From: Longimicrobiales bacterium
GTDB lineage: Bacteria > Gemmatimonadota > Gemmatimonadetes > Longimicrobiales > Gaopeijiaceae
Reading direction: 5' to 3'
Length of the DNA: 64,000 bases
NCBI GenBank assembly: GCA_965116905.1
Contig: OZ220732.1
Coordinates: forward strand, 2,432,001 to 2,496,000
Position 1 is the first letter of the stretch; every line of letters starts with the position of its first letter. Positions 18,944 to 28,846 of the stretch are shown here, in pieces. The notes below the pieces were generated by a model, which made no database searches, was not told the origin of the DNA, and was given only the letters and a program-made list of their open reading frames with translations. Position numbers and translations under genes: made by a program.

Positions 18944-20803
18944 TTCCCTTCGGATGACGGGCAGCACGACGTGCGACGCCCTCTCCCCCCCGTGGTACAC
19001 GCGCTGGGTCGCCACCACCGCCTCGTCGGCGCTCACCGTCGCTACATTGTCGGCGCCCGTGTTCAGGTTGGGCAGGTAGTACGGGTACCAACTCGACGAG
19101 ATTTCGATTCCGATACGGTGGCCCTCGAGGAAGAGGTTCCCGGTGCCTCGCCAGAAGCGCAGCGTGTATTCGTAGACCTCGTCCGGCTCGATGGTGCTGA
19201 GTTGCGCGCTGTTGAAGCGTCCCTCGTTGTCGGGATCGCGATTGCGTGCCCGCATGACGGCCTCGGTAAGGAGCGCCGAGTACCCGTCGGGACCGATGTC
19301 GACGAGACGCACGAACCAGTCCGTGTCGCGGGCGGAAGTCGACGCATGGAACTTGATCTCGATCGGGCCGGTGACCTCGACGGCCTCTTCGAGCGGCGGC
19401 GTGCGGAAGACGAGCACTTCCTCGCCCGCCGCCGAGGCGCGGGTGTCGAGCGCGCCGTCGATGTGACCGTTCTTGTTGGGCCAGGTGTCGAAGGGGTCGC
19501 GGGTGGGGCTGAGGGGGTCGTAGACGTAGGTGTCGTGGCCCTCGTCGGCCGGCGGTGAGGTGCTGAGGAGGCCGTCGCCGTCGGACGAGTTGGCGCCGGT
19601 GGCACTGGTCAGGTAGTAGTTGGTCCACTCGGTCTGGGGCAGGGGCCAGTCTTCCTCGGCGTACCACCTGTTCTCGCCCATGACGAAGACGTGGACAGGC
19701 GGGTCGTTCTCGACGCCGTTGTCCTCGCCCTTGAGGAAGTGGTCGAACCAGCGGACGACGTAGCCGTCCACGTCGATGACCGCGTCGGGGCCGTAGTCGA
19801 TGCCGCCGGAGGACTGCGTGTTGATGCCGTGTACCCAGGGCCCGATGATCATGCTGGGCCGCCGGGCCTCGGGTGTTGCGCCGTGCTCCTTCATCCCCAG
19901 GTAGTTCATCGGCGACCCCGGGTAGTTGGCGTCGAACCACCCCGTGAACGACAGCGATGGCACGGTGACGCGGGAGTACGATTCCGGAGTCTGGTAGGCG
20001 ATGCCCTGCCAAAGCGGCGCGGTCGAGAGGTTGCTGCGGTACCAGTCCTCGAACCAGGGTCCCGTCCGAAGTCCCCGCGACTCGTTGATCTCGATGTACG
20101 GCGTGTGCGGCGGATCCTGGCGGTTCTCCGACCAGCCCAGGTATCCGCCCGCGCCGGCGATCTGCTGGGTGCGGCCGGACAGCATGGCTGCCCAGTCGAG
20201 CATCCAGCCGCCCACGAGGACGCCGTTCTGGTACGGCAGGTTCTCGAAGTGATCGGGCGGTGCCACCTTGGGTGCGATGGCGGCCAGGTGGGGCGGCGCA
20301 GTGCTGGCTGTCCACCACTGCGTCCACCCCAGGTACGACCCGCCGATCATGCCCACCCTGCCGGTGCACCACGGCTGCGCGGCGATCCACTCCACCAGGT
20401 CGTAGCCGTCCGTCTTGTGGAGCGCGTTGAAGGGCCTCCACTCGCCCTCCGAGTCGTAGCGTCCACGCACGTCCGCCGCGACGACCGTGTAGCCCCGCGC
20501 GGCGAACCACTCGGCACCGGAACGCGATCCGTTGTTGTCGTAGGGGGTCGAAGTCAGGATCCCGGGCACCGGTCCATCCGCCCCCGCCGGAGCGTAGATG
20601 TCGACGGACAGGCGCACGCCGTCCCGCATGGGCACGAGCACGCCCCGGGTGACCTCGACGTCGTAGCTGGCCGCAGAGTAGTCGCCGGCGTCCGGAGCCT
20701 GGGAGCCCGCAGGGCTGGCTGGCGCCTGCGTCGCGTTTTCGCAGGCGGCCGCGGCAAGAAGAACTGCTATCGTCGGGAGGTGGATATTCTTCCGTATCAT
20801 CAT
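18938..20803 (-). CDS. CocE/NonD family hydrolase (S15 / X-Pro dipeptidyl-peptidase-like), lipoprotein
   Basis: Lipobox AAAAC, VPMRDGVRL, TPY, DVRGRYDSEG, nucleophile GGSYLG, GWFD, IGPWVH, and a PepX-type C-terminal domain. Confidence 0.92.
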   Translation of the reverse strand: MMIRKNIHLPTIAVLLAAAACENATQAPASPAGSQAPDAGDYSAASYDVEVTRGVLVPMRDGVRLSVDIYAPAGADGPVPGILTSTPYDNNGSRSGAEWFAARGYTVVAADVRGRYDSEGEWRPFNALHKTDGYDLVEWIAAQPWCTGRVGMIGGSYLGWTQWWTASTAPPHLAAIAPKVAPPDHFENLPYQNGVLVGGWMLDWAAMLSGRTQQIAGAGGYLGWSENRQDPPHTPYIEINESRGLRTGPWFEDWYRSNLSTAPLWQGIAYQTPESYSRVTVPSLSFTGWFDANYPGSPMNYLGMKEHGATPEARRPSMIIGPWVHGINTQSSGGIDYGPDAVIDVDGYVVRWFDHFLKGEDNGVENDPPVHVFVMGENRWYAEEDWPLPQTEWTNYYLTSATGANSSDGDGLLSTSPPADEGHDTYVYDPLSPTRDPFDTWPNKNGHIDGALDTRASAAGEEVLVFRTPPLEEAVEVTGPIEIKFHASTSARDTDWFVRLVDIGPDGYSALLTEAVMRARNRDPDNEGRFNSAQLSTIEPDEVYEYTLRFWRGTGNLFLEGHRIGIEISSSWYPYYLPNLNTGADNVATVSADEAVVATQRVYHGGERASHVVLPVIRRER

Positions 20804-20816
20804 CGTATTGGTGTTC

Positions 20817-22142
20817 CTACAGGTTCGGGTTCGAGTCCTTTTCCCCGCGCGGGATCTGCATGCAGGTGGTCGTGCCGTACGTGTTGCCGTCGTACGGGTG
20901 GGTCCCCGTCGCGAAGGGCAGGTCGTGGCGCAGGAAGTCGAACAGCCTGCGGCCCTCCAGGTACAGTTCGCGGTAGCGCTCCTCCATGACCTGCGCCATC
21001 ACTTCGGCACGATCGTTCACGTCGGCGGGCTCGTACGGCGGCAGCCCCGCGGCCGCATGGAAGCCGTTGATGATGTCCACGGCCGTCTGGCCGAGTTCGA
21101 GCTCCGCGATGATGAGTTGCGCCTCGGCAGAGTTCGCGATCGCGATGGGGCTCGTCCACGCCGGGTACTTGTGAATCAGGCGCAGCGGCGAGCCGTCCTG
21201 CCCGATGCCCGAAAGCGTGCTTTCCACGCGCGGGTCGACCACGCCGCCGAACATCAGATTCTCGCCGTCGGCGGTGGGCTGGCCGTTCTCGTCGTTGAAT
21301 TCCGGCGAGATGAACCCATCCACGTGGTTGTGGTGGTAGATCCGGTTGTAGCGGTAGAGGTCCGCCGCCGAGTAGTTGGCGTCGAAGCGGAAACCCTCCG
21401 GCACCGCCGAGGCGTCGGACATGGCTCCCGAATTGTCGCCGAGGAACAGCCGCACCCCGGCGCGCCGGATCTGGGCCGCCATCGCCAGATCGGTCCGTCC
21501 CGCCGCCTGGGCGAGCGACATGGCCTCGCCCAGCGCCGACTCGGCGCTCTGCAGCATCTCGGTCTTCGACATGAGGGGTCCGACATCGATGGTCATCTCG
21601 CAGAACGCCTCGCCGAGAATGGCGCGCGAGAACGCACCATAGGTGGCCACGGTGGCGATCTTCTCGGCCCGGCCGGGCACGTCGCCGTCGCCCCACTCCT
21701 CGAAACGGGCCCGTGACGACTCGGCCGACACGCGTGCTTTCTGCACGGGTGTAAACACCCCGTAGCCGAACGCGGTGTTGCACAGCCTGACATCCCGGTC
21801 CTGTCCGATCTTGCGGTGATCCCACTCCGTCATCACGAGCCAGCCGGAACTGTGCCTCAGTTCGTCGGTCAACTGTCCGCTGGCCGCCACGAACTGGCTG
21901 AACGCGCACTCGAATTCGCCGATCGCGCTGTTCACCAGCACATCGGCGACCGATGGATTCTCCAGGTTTTCAGCGGCGACCTTGGTGGGCAGATCCACCT
22001 GCAGGAGGTCCTCGCACGCCGAGTTGAGGGTGGCGAGCATGAGCGCCGTCACGATTGGCATGAGGCGCGATCTGCCCGCCGGCATCCGGGACCGTACCGA
22101 TCCGCGCCGCCGGCGAGCCCCGTTGTTCATATGGGTCAACAT
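20817..22142 (-). CDS. RagB/SusD family nutrient-uptake lipoprotein
   Basis: Lipobox LNSAC, EAQLIIAE, EERYRELYLEGRRLFDFLR, IPRGEKDSNPNL. Directly downstream of SusC. Confidence 0.88.
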   Translation of the reverse strand: MLTHMNNGARRRRGSVRSRMPAGRSRLMPIVTALMLATLNSACEDLLQVDLPTKVAAENLENPSVADVLVNSAIGEFECAFSQFVAASGQLTDELRHSSGWLVMTEWDHRKIGQDRDVRLCNTAFGYGVFTPVQKARVSAESSRARFEEWGDGDVPGRAEKIATVATYGAFSRAILGEAFCEMTIDVGPLMSKTEMLQSAESALGEAMSLAQAAGRTDLAMAAQIRRAGVRLFLGDNSGAMSDASAVPEGFRFDANYSAADLYRYNRIYHHNHVDGFISPEFNDENGQPTADGENLMFGGVVDPRVESTLSGIGQDGSPLRLIHKYPAWTSPIAIANSAEAQLIIAELELGQTAVDIINGFHAAAGLPPYEPADVNDRAEVMAQVMEERYRELYLEGRRLFDFLRHDLPFATGTHPYDGNTYGTTTCMQIPRGEKDSNPNL

Positions 22143-22175
22143 CTTGATATCTCTCCGTTTCCGTGCGGGGGTCGG

Positions 22176-25100
22176 TCAGTAGTTGAGCCGCAGGGTCACC
22201 CCCACGGTGGTTGCGGGCGGCATCGACGTCTGGTGGTAGGCTCCGCCTTCCCGGGCGGCGAACCACTGCCGCGTGAGCTCGACATCGATCTCCCTGCGTC
22301 CGAACGTGCCGGATTGCGCTTCCCAGAGGTTGAAGAGGTTGCGCGCCGCGATGGTCAGCGACCCGCCGGAGCTCCCTGCCAGCGAGGCGATGTCCTCGGA
22401 AAGCGTGTACGAGAGCGACAGTTCGCGCAGCTTGGCGAGTCCGCCCTTCAGCACCCCTGCCTGGACCCAGTTGCCCACGATTTCGCTCATCGCTGCGAGC
22501 CTCGCGTCCTCGCGCTCCAGGATCTGCCGCGAGTTCTGGAAGAGCAGGTGGGATGCGGCCAGGTCGCCGCTGATCTTTGTGTAACCGCCGGAGAAGTCGA
22601 CGAGCGCGAAGAGGCGGAAGTTCTGCATGAAGCGCAGCGATGTGTTGACGCCGCCGTACCAGGTGGGCACCGATGGCCCGCGGTACACCGGCTGGGCCAT
22701 CGAACACGGCACGGTGCCGCCGCCCTGCTCGGGAGTGGCCTCGCACTGGTCGTTGACGATGTTGCCGTTGGCGTCGAAGTCCGCCGAGATCACGTTCTCG
22801 ACGAAGATGCCGCCGATCGGCAATCCCTCCTGGTGCCTCTGGCCGAAGAGGAAGATCGTGGGCAGCCCGCCCAGATCGACGACTTCGCTGTTGTTGGTTG
22901 CATAGTTGAAGCCGATGTCCCAGTCCAGGAGGCCGCTCCGTACCAGCGTCGCGGTCCCCTCGATCTCGATTCCGCGGTTGTTGAGCTGTCCGACATTCAC
23001 GAACTGGGTGCCCGCGAATCCGCTGGACGGCGACACCGGCCGCGCGACGATCGCGTCCTTGGTGTTTTTGTTGTAGAAGGTGAATCCCAGCCCGATGCGG
23101 TCGTTCATCAGGCTGGCGTCGAATCCGACCTCGAGTTCCTCGCCCACTTCCGGCTGGAGGTCCGGATTGCCCACCGCGTCGGTGGTCAGGCCGGGCTGGT
23201 CACCGCCGGCCGTGATCGGCGCATACAGCCGGCGAGCCGCGAAGACATCCGGCTGTCGGCCGGCCCGTCCCCAGGCCGCCCGGAGTTTCAGGTTGTCGAC
23301 GAACGACGCGTTGAAGAATGCCTCTTCGCTCACGACCCACGAACCGCTGATCTTCGGGTACAGGACGAAGTCGTAGTTCGTGCCGAAGGCGCTGTTGTCG
23401 TCGCCCCGCATGGCGCCGGTCAGGAACAGGCGATTGCCCCAGCTCAGCCGTTCCTGGATGTAGACGCCCAGCGTCTTGTTCTCGATGAAGTCTTCCCAGC
23501 CGGTCTTGACGGCAGCCGATGACACCGTCCCGGGCCCTGGGGCGGGGAACTGGTCGCCCACCGCGCCGAACTCGTGGGTCCTCTTCACGTAGTACTGGGC
23601 TCCCGCCGAGGTTTCGGACGTGGTTCCCAGGAACGGGAGGTCCACGGTGGCCGTCGCCCCGTAGTCAAAGTTTGCCTGGGTCACGGCGCGGTCCGTGGTC
23701 TCGACGTGCCCGAGGCTCATCGAACCGAAGAAATCCGAGGATCCGATCGGTGACCTCGGCACCATGCGGCCGGAGATCGCGCTCCCGAAGTCGGCACCCC
23801 CGGTCACCCGGTGGACGAGCCAGGGGAATGGGTTGTGGCGAATCGTCGCGCTCGCGATGAGCCGGTCGATCCCCTCCGTGACATCGACTGTTTCCAGTGC
23901 CCACGGGGGCGTCCAGTTCCATCCGCGCCGGCGCTCGTCCTCGGCGGCGGCCGGCGTACCCCAGTAGATCGACGATACGAACTCGACGGGGAAGGGGCCA
24001 CCGCCATTGAAGCGTGATTTGGAGCGCACGAATCCCATGTTGGTCGCGATGCTCAGCTGCTCGTTGGGCGTCAGTTCCAGGTTGGCCCGCGCGGAATACC
24101 GGTTCCGGTGGTTCCAGTCGACGAACCCCTCGTCCCGGTCCATCTGTGCCGACACATAGTACCGGACGAGGTCCGTTCCGCCCCGCGAGGAGATCCCGTA
24201 CGTCTGATCGTGGCCGTAGTTGAACGGGATCCCGTGTCCGAGCGCCTGCTCGGACTTGAGGACCTCGAATTTTCGGACGCCGCTCGGCAGCAGTTCACAG
24301 TTGGGGCATGGGGCGGTCCCCTTGTCGTATACCGCGGGCCAGCGGTCGACGGCATTGGACAGGTAGGAGACTCCCTGACGCACCGTAACCTCCCACTGCG
24401 GTGCGCCCGCGGAGCCTCGTTTCGTGGTGATCTGGATGACGCCGGCCGAAGCTTCGGTGCCGTAGAGCGTTGCGGCGGCGGGACCCTTGATGACCTCGAC
24501 GCTCTCGATCTCCTCCGGATTCAGGTCGTTGAGCCGGCTGACGGCACCGCCGCGCATGGTGCTGTTCCCCTGATCGCTTCCGATGCGCGCGTTCGAGTTG
24601 TTGTCGATGCGCACGCCGTCGACGTAGACAAGCGGCCCGCTGCCCAGGCTCACGCTGCCGATGCCGCGGATCTTGATGGCCCCGCCCGTCCCGACATTGC
24701 CTGGCCCGGACGCCATGTTGAGTCCCGACACGTTGGAACTGAGCAACTCCTGAATCGTGCCTGACTGACCCACCTGCATCGCCTCGGCCATGTTGACCTG
24801 GGCGATCGTGGTCCCGATCGCGCGTGTCTGCGACCCTCCCGCGGTTCCCGTGACGACAATGGCGTCCAGATCGATCGCCGTCTCTTCCAGGTCGATTCGA
24901 ATCGAGCTCCCGGCGGCCACGGTTTCGGTGTGGTCACGATATCCAATCAGGACGACCCGCAGTGTCACCGTCTCTCCTTCGACATCCGTAAACAGGAACC
25001 TGCCGCTGGCATTGGTGACGGTCCCCTGCGCGGTGCCTTCGATCACAACCTGAGCGCCCGCGAGGGGCTGGCCGGTGCGGGCGGAGACGACGAGCCCCGT

Positions 25101-25232
25101 CACCGGTTCCTGGCTCAAGAGCAGCGGTACCGCCTCGACCGCCCAGCCGCCAGGGCCGTTAAGGGAGCTGGCCGGCAAAGCGATGAGGAGTGTCAGACAC
25201 CCCCCCGCCATCATTCTTGCAAGCCATTTCAT
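22176..25232 (-). CDS. SusC/RagA family TonB-dependent receptor
   Basis: Carboxypeptidase-regulatory-like N-domain, LDAIVVTG, DLNPEEIESVEVIKGPAAATLYGTEASAGVIQITTKRG, C-terminal VTLRLNY. GAAGGAG RBS. Confidence 0.95.
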   Translation of the reverse strand: MKWLARMMAGGCLTLLIALPASSLNGPGGWAVEAVPLLLSQEPVTGLVVSARTGQPLAGAQVVIEGTAQGTVTNASGRFLFTDVEGETVTLRVVLIGYRDHTETVAAGSSIRIDLEETAIDLDAIVVTGTAGGSQTRAIGTTIAQVNMAEAMQVGQSGTIQELLSSNVSGLNMASGPGNVGTGGAIKIRGIGSVSLGSGPLVYVDGVRIDNNSNARIGSDQGNSTMRGGAVSRLNDLNPEEIESVEVIKGPAAATLYGTEASAGVIQITTKRGSAGAPQWEVTVRQGVSYLSNAVDRWPAVYDKGTAPCPNCELLPSGVRKFEVLKSEQALGHGIPFNYGHDQTYGISSRGGTDLVRYYVSAQMDRDEGFVDWNHRNRYSARANLELTPNEQLSIATNMGFVRSKSRFNGGGPFPVEFVSSIYWGTPAAAEDERRRGWNWTPPWALETVDVTEGIDRLIASATIRHNPFPWLVHRVTGGADFGSAISGRMVPRSPIGSSDFFGSMSLGHVETTDRAVTQANFDYGATATVDLPFLGTTSETSAGAQYYVKRTHEFGAVGDQFPAPGPGTVSSAAVKTGWEDFIENKTLGVYIQERLSWGNRLFLTGAMRGDDNSAFGTNYDFVLYPKISGSWVVSEEAFFNASFVDNLKLRAAWGRAGRQPDVFAARRLYAPITAGGDQPGLTTDAVGNPDLQPEVGEELEVGFDASLMNDRIGLGFTFYNKNTKDAIVARPVSPSSGFAGTQFVNVGQLNNRGIEIEGTATLVRSGLLDWDIGFNYATNNSEVVDLGGLPTIFLFGQRHQEGLPIGGIFVENVISADFDANGNIVNDQCEATPEQGGGTVPCSMAQPVYRGPSVPTWYGGVNTSLRFMQNFRLFALVDFSGGYTKISGDLAASHLLFQNSRQILEREDARLAAMSEIVGNWVQAGVLKGGLAKLRELSLSYTLSEDIASLAGSSGGSLTIAARNLFNLWEAQSGTFGRREIDVELTRQWFAAREGGAYHQTSMPPATTVGVTLRLNY

Positions 25233-25678
25233 GTCGATCTCCTTCCCGCTGAAGTGTCGGGCCTCGGGATACAACCCGGGGCGAAGGCGCACGTGGTGCA
25301 CGGTGCGATCGGGCAGGGAATTGCGAGAGATGGATCGGCGAGCGGCAGTTGCCGGACCGCACTCGCCCCCAGAGCCCCGTTTCCGACGTGAAAACGGCGT
25401 TCCTACAGTCAATCGCACCCACGAAAGGCGCGGTGGTGATGGCGTCCCGCACAGCCATCAAGGACCTCCCAGGACAGCGCACTACGTCCGCCACAATAGC
25501 GCCGTGCGAGGGGCTTGGCCAGTATTGACGACAAATAAGTATACGAAACCGGATACCTGAATGACTGTACCCGAACCGCGCTTCCGTGCTACTCTTGAAA
25601 GCTGGGCGCCGGAATCGCGGCGGTGACTGCCGCGTTCCCCACCATGCAACGTTCCCCATCCTGCCCCGGACGAACTCC

Positions 25679-26935
25679 ATGAGCGACACGAAGACGGACA
25701 CCCGCAATCACGATTGTTCCGCGATCGACGACGACCCCGGCCCGACAGCTGCGCCGGAATCGGCGGCTGAGGCTTCCGGGCTGATCGTGCCTCCGGCGGC
25801 CGTCGACCGCCGCGGATTCCTCGGCAAGGCCGCCGTGGGGGCCGCCGGCGTGGCAGGCGCGGGCCTCGTCACGGCCTGTGGCGCCGAGGCCGGCGACGCG
25901 ATCGAGGGGGCTCCCGCCGTGCAGACGCAGCAGCGCGTGATGTGGCGGCTGGCTTCGAGCTTCCCCCGTGGCCTGGACGCCATCTACGGCTCGGCCGAGA
26001 TGCTGGGCGAGATCACAGCGTCTCTGACCGGCGGCCGTTTCCAGATCCGCGCGTACCCCGCGGGCGAACTGGTGCCGGGCCTGCAGGTCATGGACGCGGT
26101 CCAGCAGGGCACCGTGCAGGTCGGCCAGAGCACCAGCTACTACTACACGGGCAAGAACCAGGCGCTGGCCTTCGACGCCGGCGTGCCCTTCGGCATGACC
26201 GCGCGCCAGCAGGACGCGTGGCTGAACGAGGGCGGGGGACTGGAGGTGGTCCGCAGCGTCTTCGCCGACTTCAACATCATCTCGTTCCCGGGCGGGAACA
26301 CGGGCGGGCAGATGGGCGGCTGGTTCCGCAGGGAGGTGAATTCGGTCGAGGACCTGCGCGGCCTCAAGATGCGCATTCCCGGACTGGGCGGAGACGTCAT
26401 GGACCGGATGGGCGTCACGGTCCAGGTGCTCGCCGGCGGTGACATCTACCCGGCGCTCGAGCGCGGCGCCATCGACGCCACCGAGTGGGTCGGGCCCTAC
26501 GACGACGAGAAGCTCGGCCTGCACCAGGCCGCGCCCTACTACTACTACCCCGGCTGGTGGGAGCCGTCGGCTTCCGTTTCCTACGAGGTGAACCAGCAGG
26601 CGTGGGACAGCCTTTCCAGCGAATACAAGTCGGTCTTCGAGGTGGCCGCCCAGGCCACCGCGCGCCGGATGCTCTACTACTACGACGCCAGGAATCCGGG
26701 GGCGCTACAGCGCCTCATCGACGGCGGCACGCAGATGCGGTCGTTCTCGGACGACATCATGGTGGAGGCGCGGCGCACGATCGGCGAGATCCTCGAGGAC
26801 TACGCCGGGGCCGACCAGCAGTATCGCGAGGTCTACGACCACTGGCGCAACTTCAAGGAGGCGTCCTACCGCTGGTTCGGCACCGCGGAACTGCGGTTCG
26901 CGAGCTTCGCGTTCCCGGAGGGGACGTCGGCGTAG
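25679..26935 (+). CDS. dctP: TRAP transporter substrate-binding protein (TakP / 2-oxoacid type), Tat signal
   Basis: VDRRGFLG, WRLASSFP, GNTGGQMGGWF, LKMRIPG, DATEWVGPYDD, YYPGWWEP. Confidence 0.92.
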   Translation: MSDTKTDTRNHDCSAIDDDPGPTAAPESAAEASGLIVPPAAVDRRGFLGKAAVGAAGVAGAGLVTACGAEAGDAIEGAPAVQTQQRVMWRLASSFPRGLDAIYGSAEMLGEITASLTGGRFQIRAYPAGELVPGLQVMDAVQQGTVQVGQSTSYYYTGKNQALAFDAGVPFGMTARQQDAWLNEGGGLEVVRSVFADFNIISFPGGNTGGQMGGWFRREVNSVEDLRGLKMRIPGLGGDVMDRMGVTVQVLAGGDIYPALERGAIDATEWVGPYDDEKLGLHQAAPYYYYPGWWEPSASVSYEVNQQAWDSLSSEYKSVFEVAAQATARRMLYYYDARNPGALQRLIDGGTQMRSFSDDIMVEARRTIGEILEDYAGADQQYREVYDHWRNFKEASYRWFGTAELRFASFAFPEGTSA

Positions 26936-26936
26936 T

Positions 26937-28259
26937 TCAGTTCACCAGCCCGGTCACCAGGCCCGGCCACTGGATGATCAGCAGCAGGCCGATGATCTGG
27001 ATGATGATGAACGGAATCACCGCACGGTAGAGGTCTGTCGTCTTCACCTCCGGGGGAGCCACACCCCTCAGATAGAATAGAGCGAAGCCGAAGGGCGGCG
27101 TCAGGAACGATGTCTGCAGGTTCATCCCGATCATGACGCCGAACCAGACGAGATCGATGCCGAGAAGCGCTGCCGCCGGGGCCAGCAGCGGGATGATGAT
27201 GAAGGCGATCTCGAAGAAGTCCAGGAAGAATCCGAGGATGAAGATCACCAGGTTGGCCACGAGCAACAGGCCGATGTGGCCACCGGGCAGGTTCGTCAGC
27301 AGGTCCTCGATCCAGATGTCGCCGTAGAGGCCGCGGAAGACCAGCGCGAAGGCGGTCGACCCGATCAGCAGGAACATCACCATCGTGGTCAGCTTGGTCG
27401 CGCCGATACACGCTTCCCGCAGCACCTTCAGCGACATGCGGCGGCGCGCGGAAGCGAGCAGAATCGCGCCAACCGACCCGATCGCTCCCGCCTCCGTGGG
27501 CGTTGCGACCCCCGCGAAGATCGACCCGAGCACGATCAGGATGAGCGCCAGCGGCGGCAGCATCACCACGGCCACCTTCTTCATCAGCGTGCCGAAATCG
27601 ATGTCCGTCATCTCGCGGGGCAGGGCGGGCGCGGCTTCCGGCTTCACGATGGCGACGCCACCCACGTACATCGCGTACATGGCGGCCAGCATGAGCCCCG
27701 GGATGAGTCCCCCGATGAACAGGTCGCCCACCGAAATGCCCAGCTGATCCGCGAGGACGACCAGCACGATGCTCGGCGGAATGATCTGTCCGAGCGTCCC
27801 CGAGGCGAGGATGACGCCCGAAGACAGCCGCGCCGAGTACTTGTAGCGCAGCATGACGGGGAGCGAGATGCTGCCCATGGCCACGACCGACGCGCCCACC
27901 ACGCCGGTGGCCGCCGCCAGCATTGCGCCCACGACGACCACTGCCAGCGCCAGGCCGCCGTTGTGCCGGCCGAAGAGGGTGCCGATCGTGGTCAGCAGGT
28001 CTTCTGCCAGCTTCGCCTTCTCGAGGACAAGTCCCATGAAGATGAAGAACGGGACGGCGAGAAGGACATAGTTCGACATCACCCCGAAGATCCGCTCGGG
28101 CATGGCGAACAGAAGTTGCCAGTCGAAGAAGCCGAGCTGCACGCCGATGAAAGCGAAGATCAGCGAAGCTCCGCCCAGTGCGAACGCGACCGGATACCCG
28201 CTGAAGATGATCAGGAAGATCACCACGAACATCAACGGAGCGAGGATGTTCGTTTCCAC
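26937..28259 (-). CDS. dctM: TRAP transporter large permease
   Basis: GYPVAFALG, LLAVPFFIFMG, SGTLGQIIPPS, ATPTEAGA, QTSFLTPPFG. Confidence 0.95.
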   Translation of the reverse strand: METNILAPLMFVVIFLIIFSGYPVAFALGGASLIFAFIGVQLGFFDWQLLFAMPERIFGVMSNYVLLAVPFFIFMGLVLEKAKLAEDLLTTIGTLFGRHNGGLALAVVVVGAMLAAATGVVGASVVAMGSISLPVMLRYKYSARLSSGVILASGTLGQIIPPSIVLVVLADQLGISVGDLFIGGLIPGLMLAAMYAMYVGGVAIVKPEAAPALPREMTDIDFGTLMKKVAVVMLPPLALILIVLGSIFAGVATPTEAGAIGSVGAILLASARRRMSLKVLREACIGATKLTTMVMFLLIGSTAFALVFRGLYGDIWIEDLLTNLPGGHIGLLLVANLVIFILGFFLDFFEIAFIIIPLLAPAAALLGIDLVWFGVMIGMNLQTSFLTPPFGFALFYLRGVAPPEVKTTDLYRAVIPFIIIQIIGLLLIIQWPGLVTGLVN

Positions 28260-28834
28260 TACAAACCGATCCCTCCGGCGGGTGCTTCAGCGCCCTCCTC
28301 GCCCTCGTCCCCGGCCTCCTCGCCGCGCCGCAGGATCGCGATGTCCTTGATCAGTTCCGAGACCCCCTGGACGACCAGTAGCACGAAGGCGACGATGATC
28401 ACCGCCTTGAGCGGATAGCGCGGCAGTCCGCCCGGATCCGGGGACGCTTCGCGCACCGCCCACGAGGCCTGAATCGAGGGCCAGGACACCCACAGCACGA
28501 AAACGGAGAAGGGCAGCAGCATGAGGACCGACCCCACGACGTTGATCCATGCGCGTGCCCGGGTCTGCAGTCGACCGTAGAGCACGTCGACGCGAACGTG
28601 CGCGTTCTCCTTGAGCGCGAACCCGGCGCCGAGCAGGAAGATCAGCGAGAAAAGGTACCACTGCAGTTCCAGGTAGAGATTGGAACTCAGGTTGATCCCG
28701 ATGAAACGCCCGAGATAGCGGACGATCGCGTTGTAGGCGCCGATCAGCACCATCGCCAGCGCCAGCCAGGAGATGAACCTTCCGAGGCCGGTGGTGACCC
28801 GGTCGACGACGCGGGTGTAGGGGTTGTCGTTCAT
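28259..28834 (-). CDS. dctQ: TRAP transporter small permease
   Basis: Four TM segments, ELQWYLF, HVRVDVLY, EASPDPGGL. Confidence 0.92.
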   Translation of the reverse strand: MNDNPYTRVVDRVTTGLGRFISWLALAMVLIGAYNAIVRYLGRFIGINLSSNLYLELQWYLFSLIFLLGAGFALKENAHVRVDVLYGRLQTRARAWINVVGSVLMLLPFSVFVLWVSWPSIQASWAVREASPDPGGLPRYPLKAVIIVAFVLLVVQGVSELIKDIAILRRGEEAGDEGEEGAEAPAGGIGL

Positions 28835-28846
28835 GTCGCGATCAGA

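Noticed and set aside
25233..25560. possible cobalamin riboswitch upstream of the TonB-dependent receptor
   Set aside because: Only isolated GCAACTG and GGGAAGG words, the latter being the RBS; the conserved core order is not evident. An Rfam cmscan would settle it.
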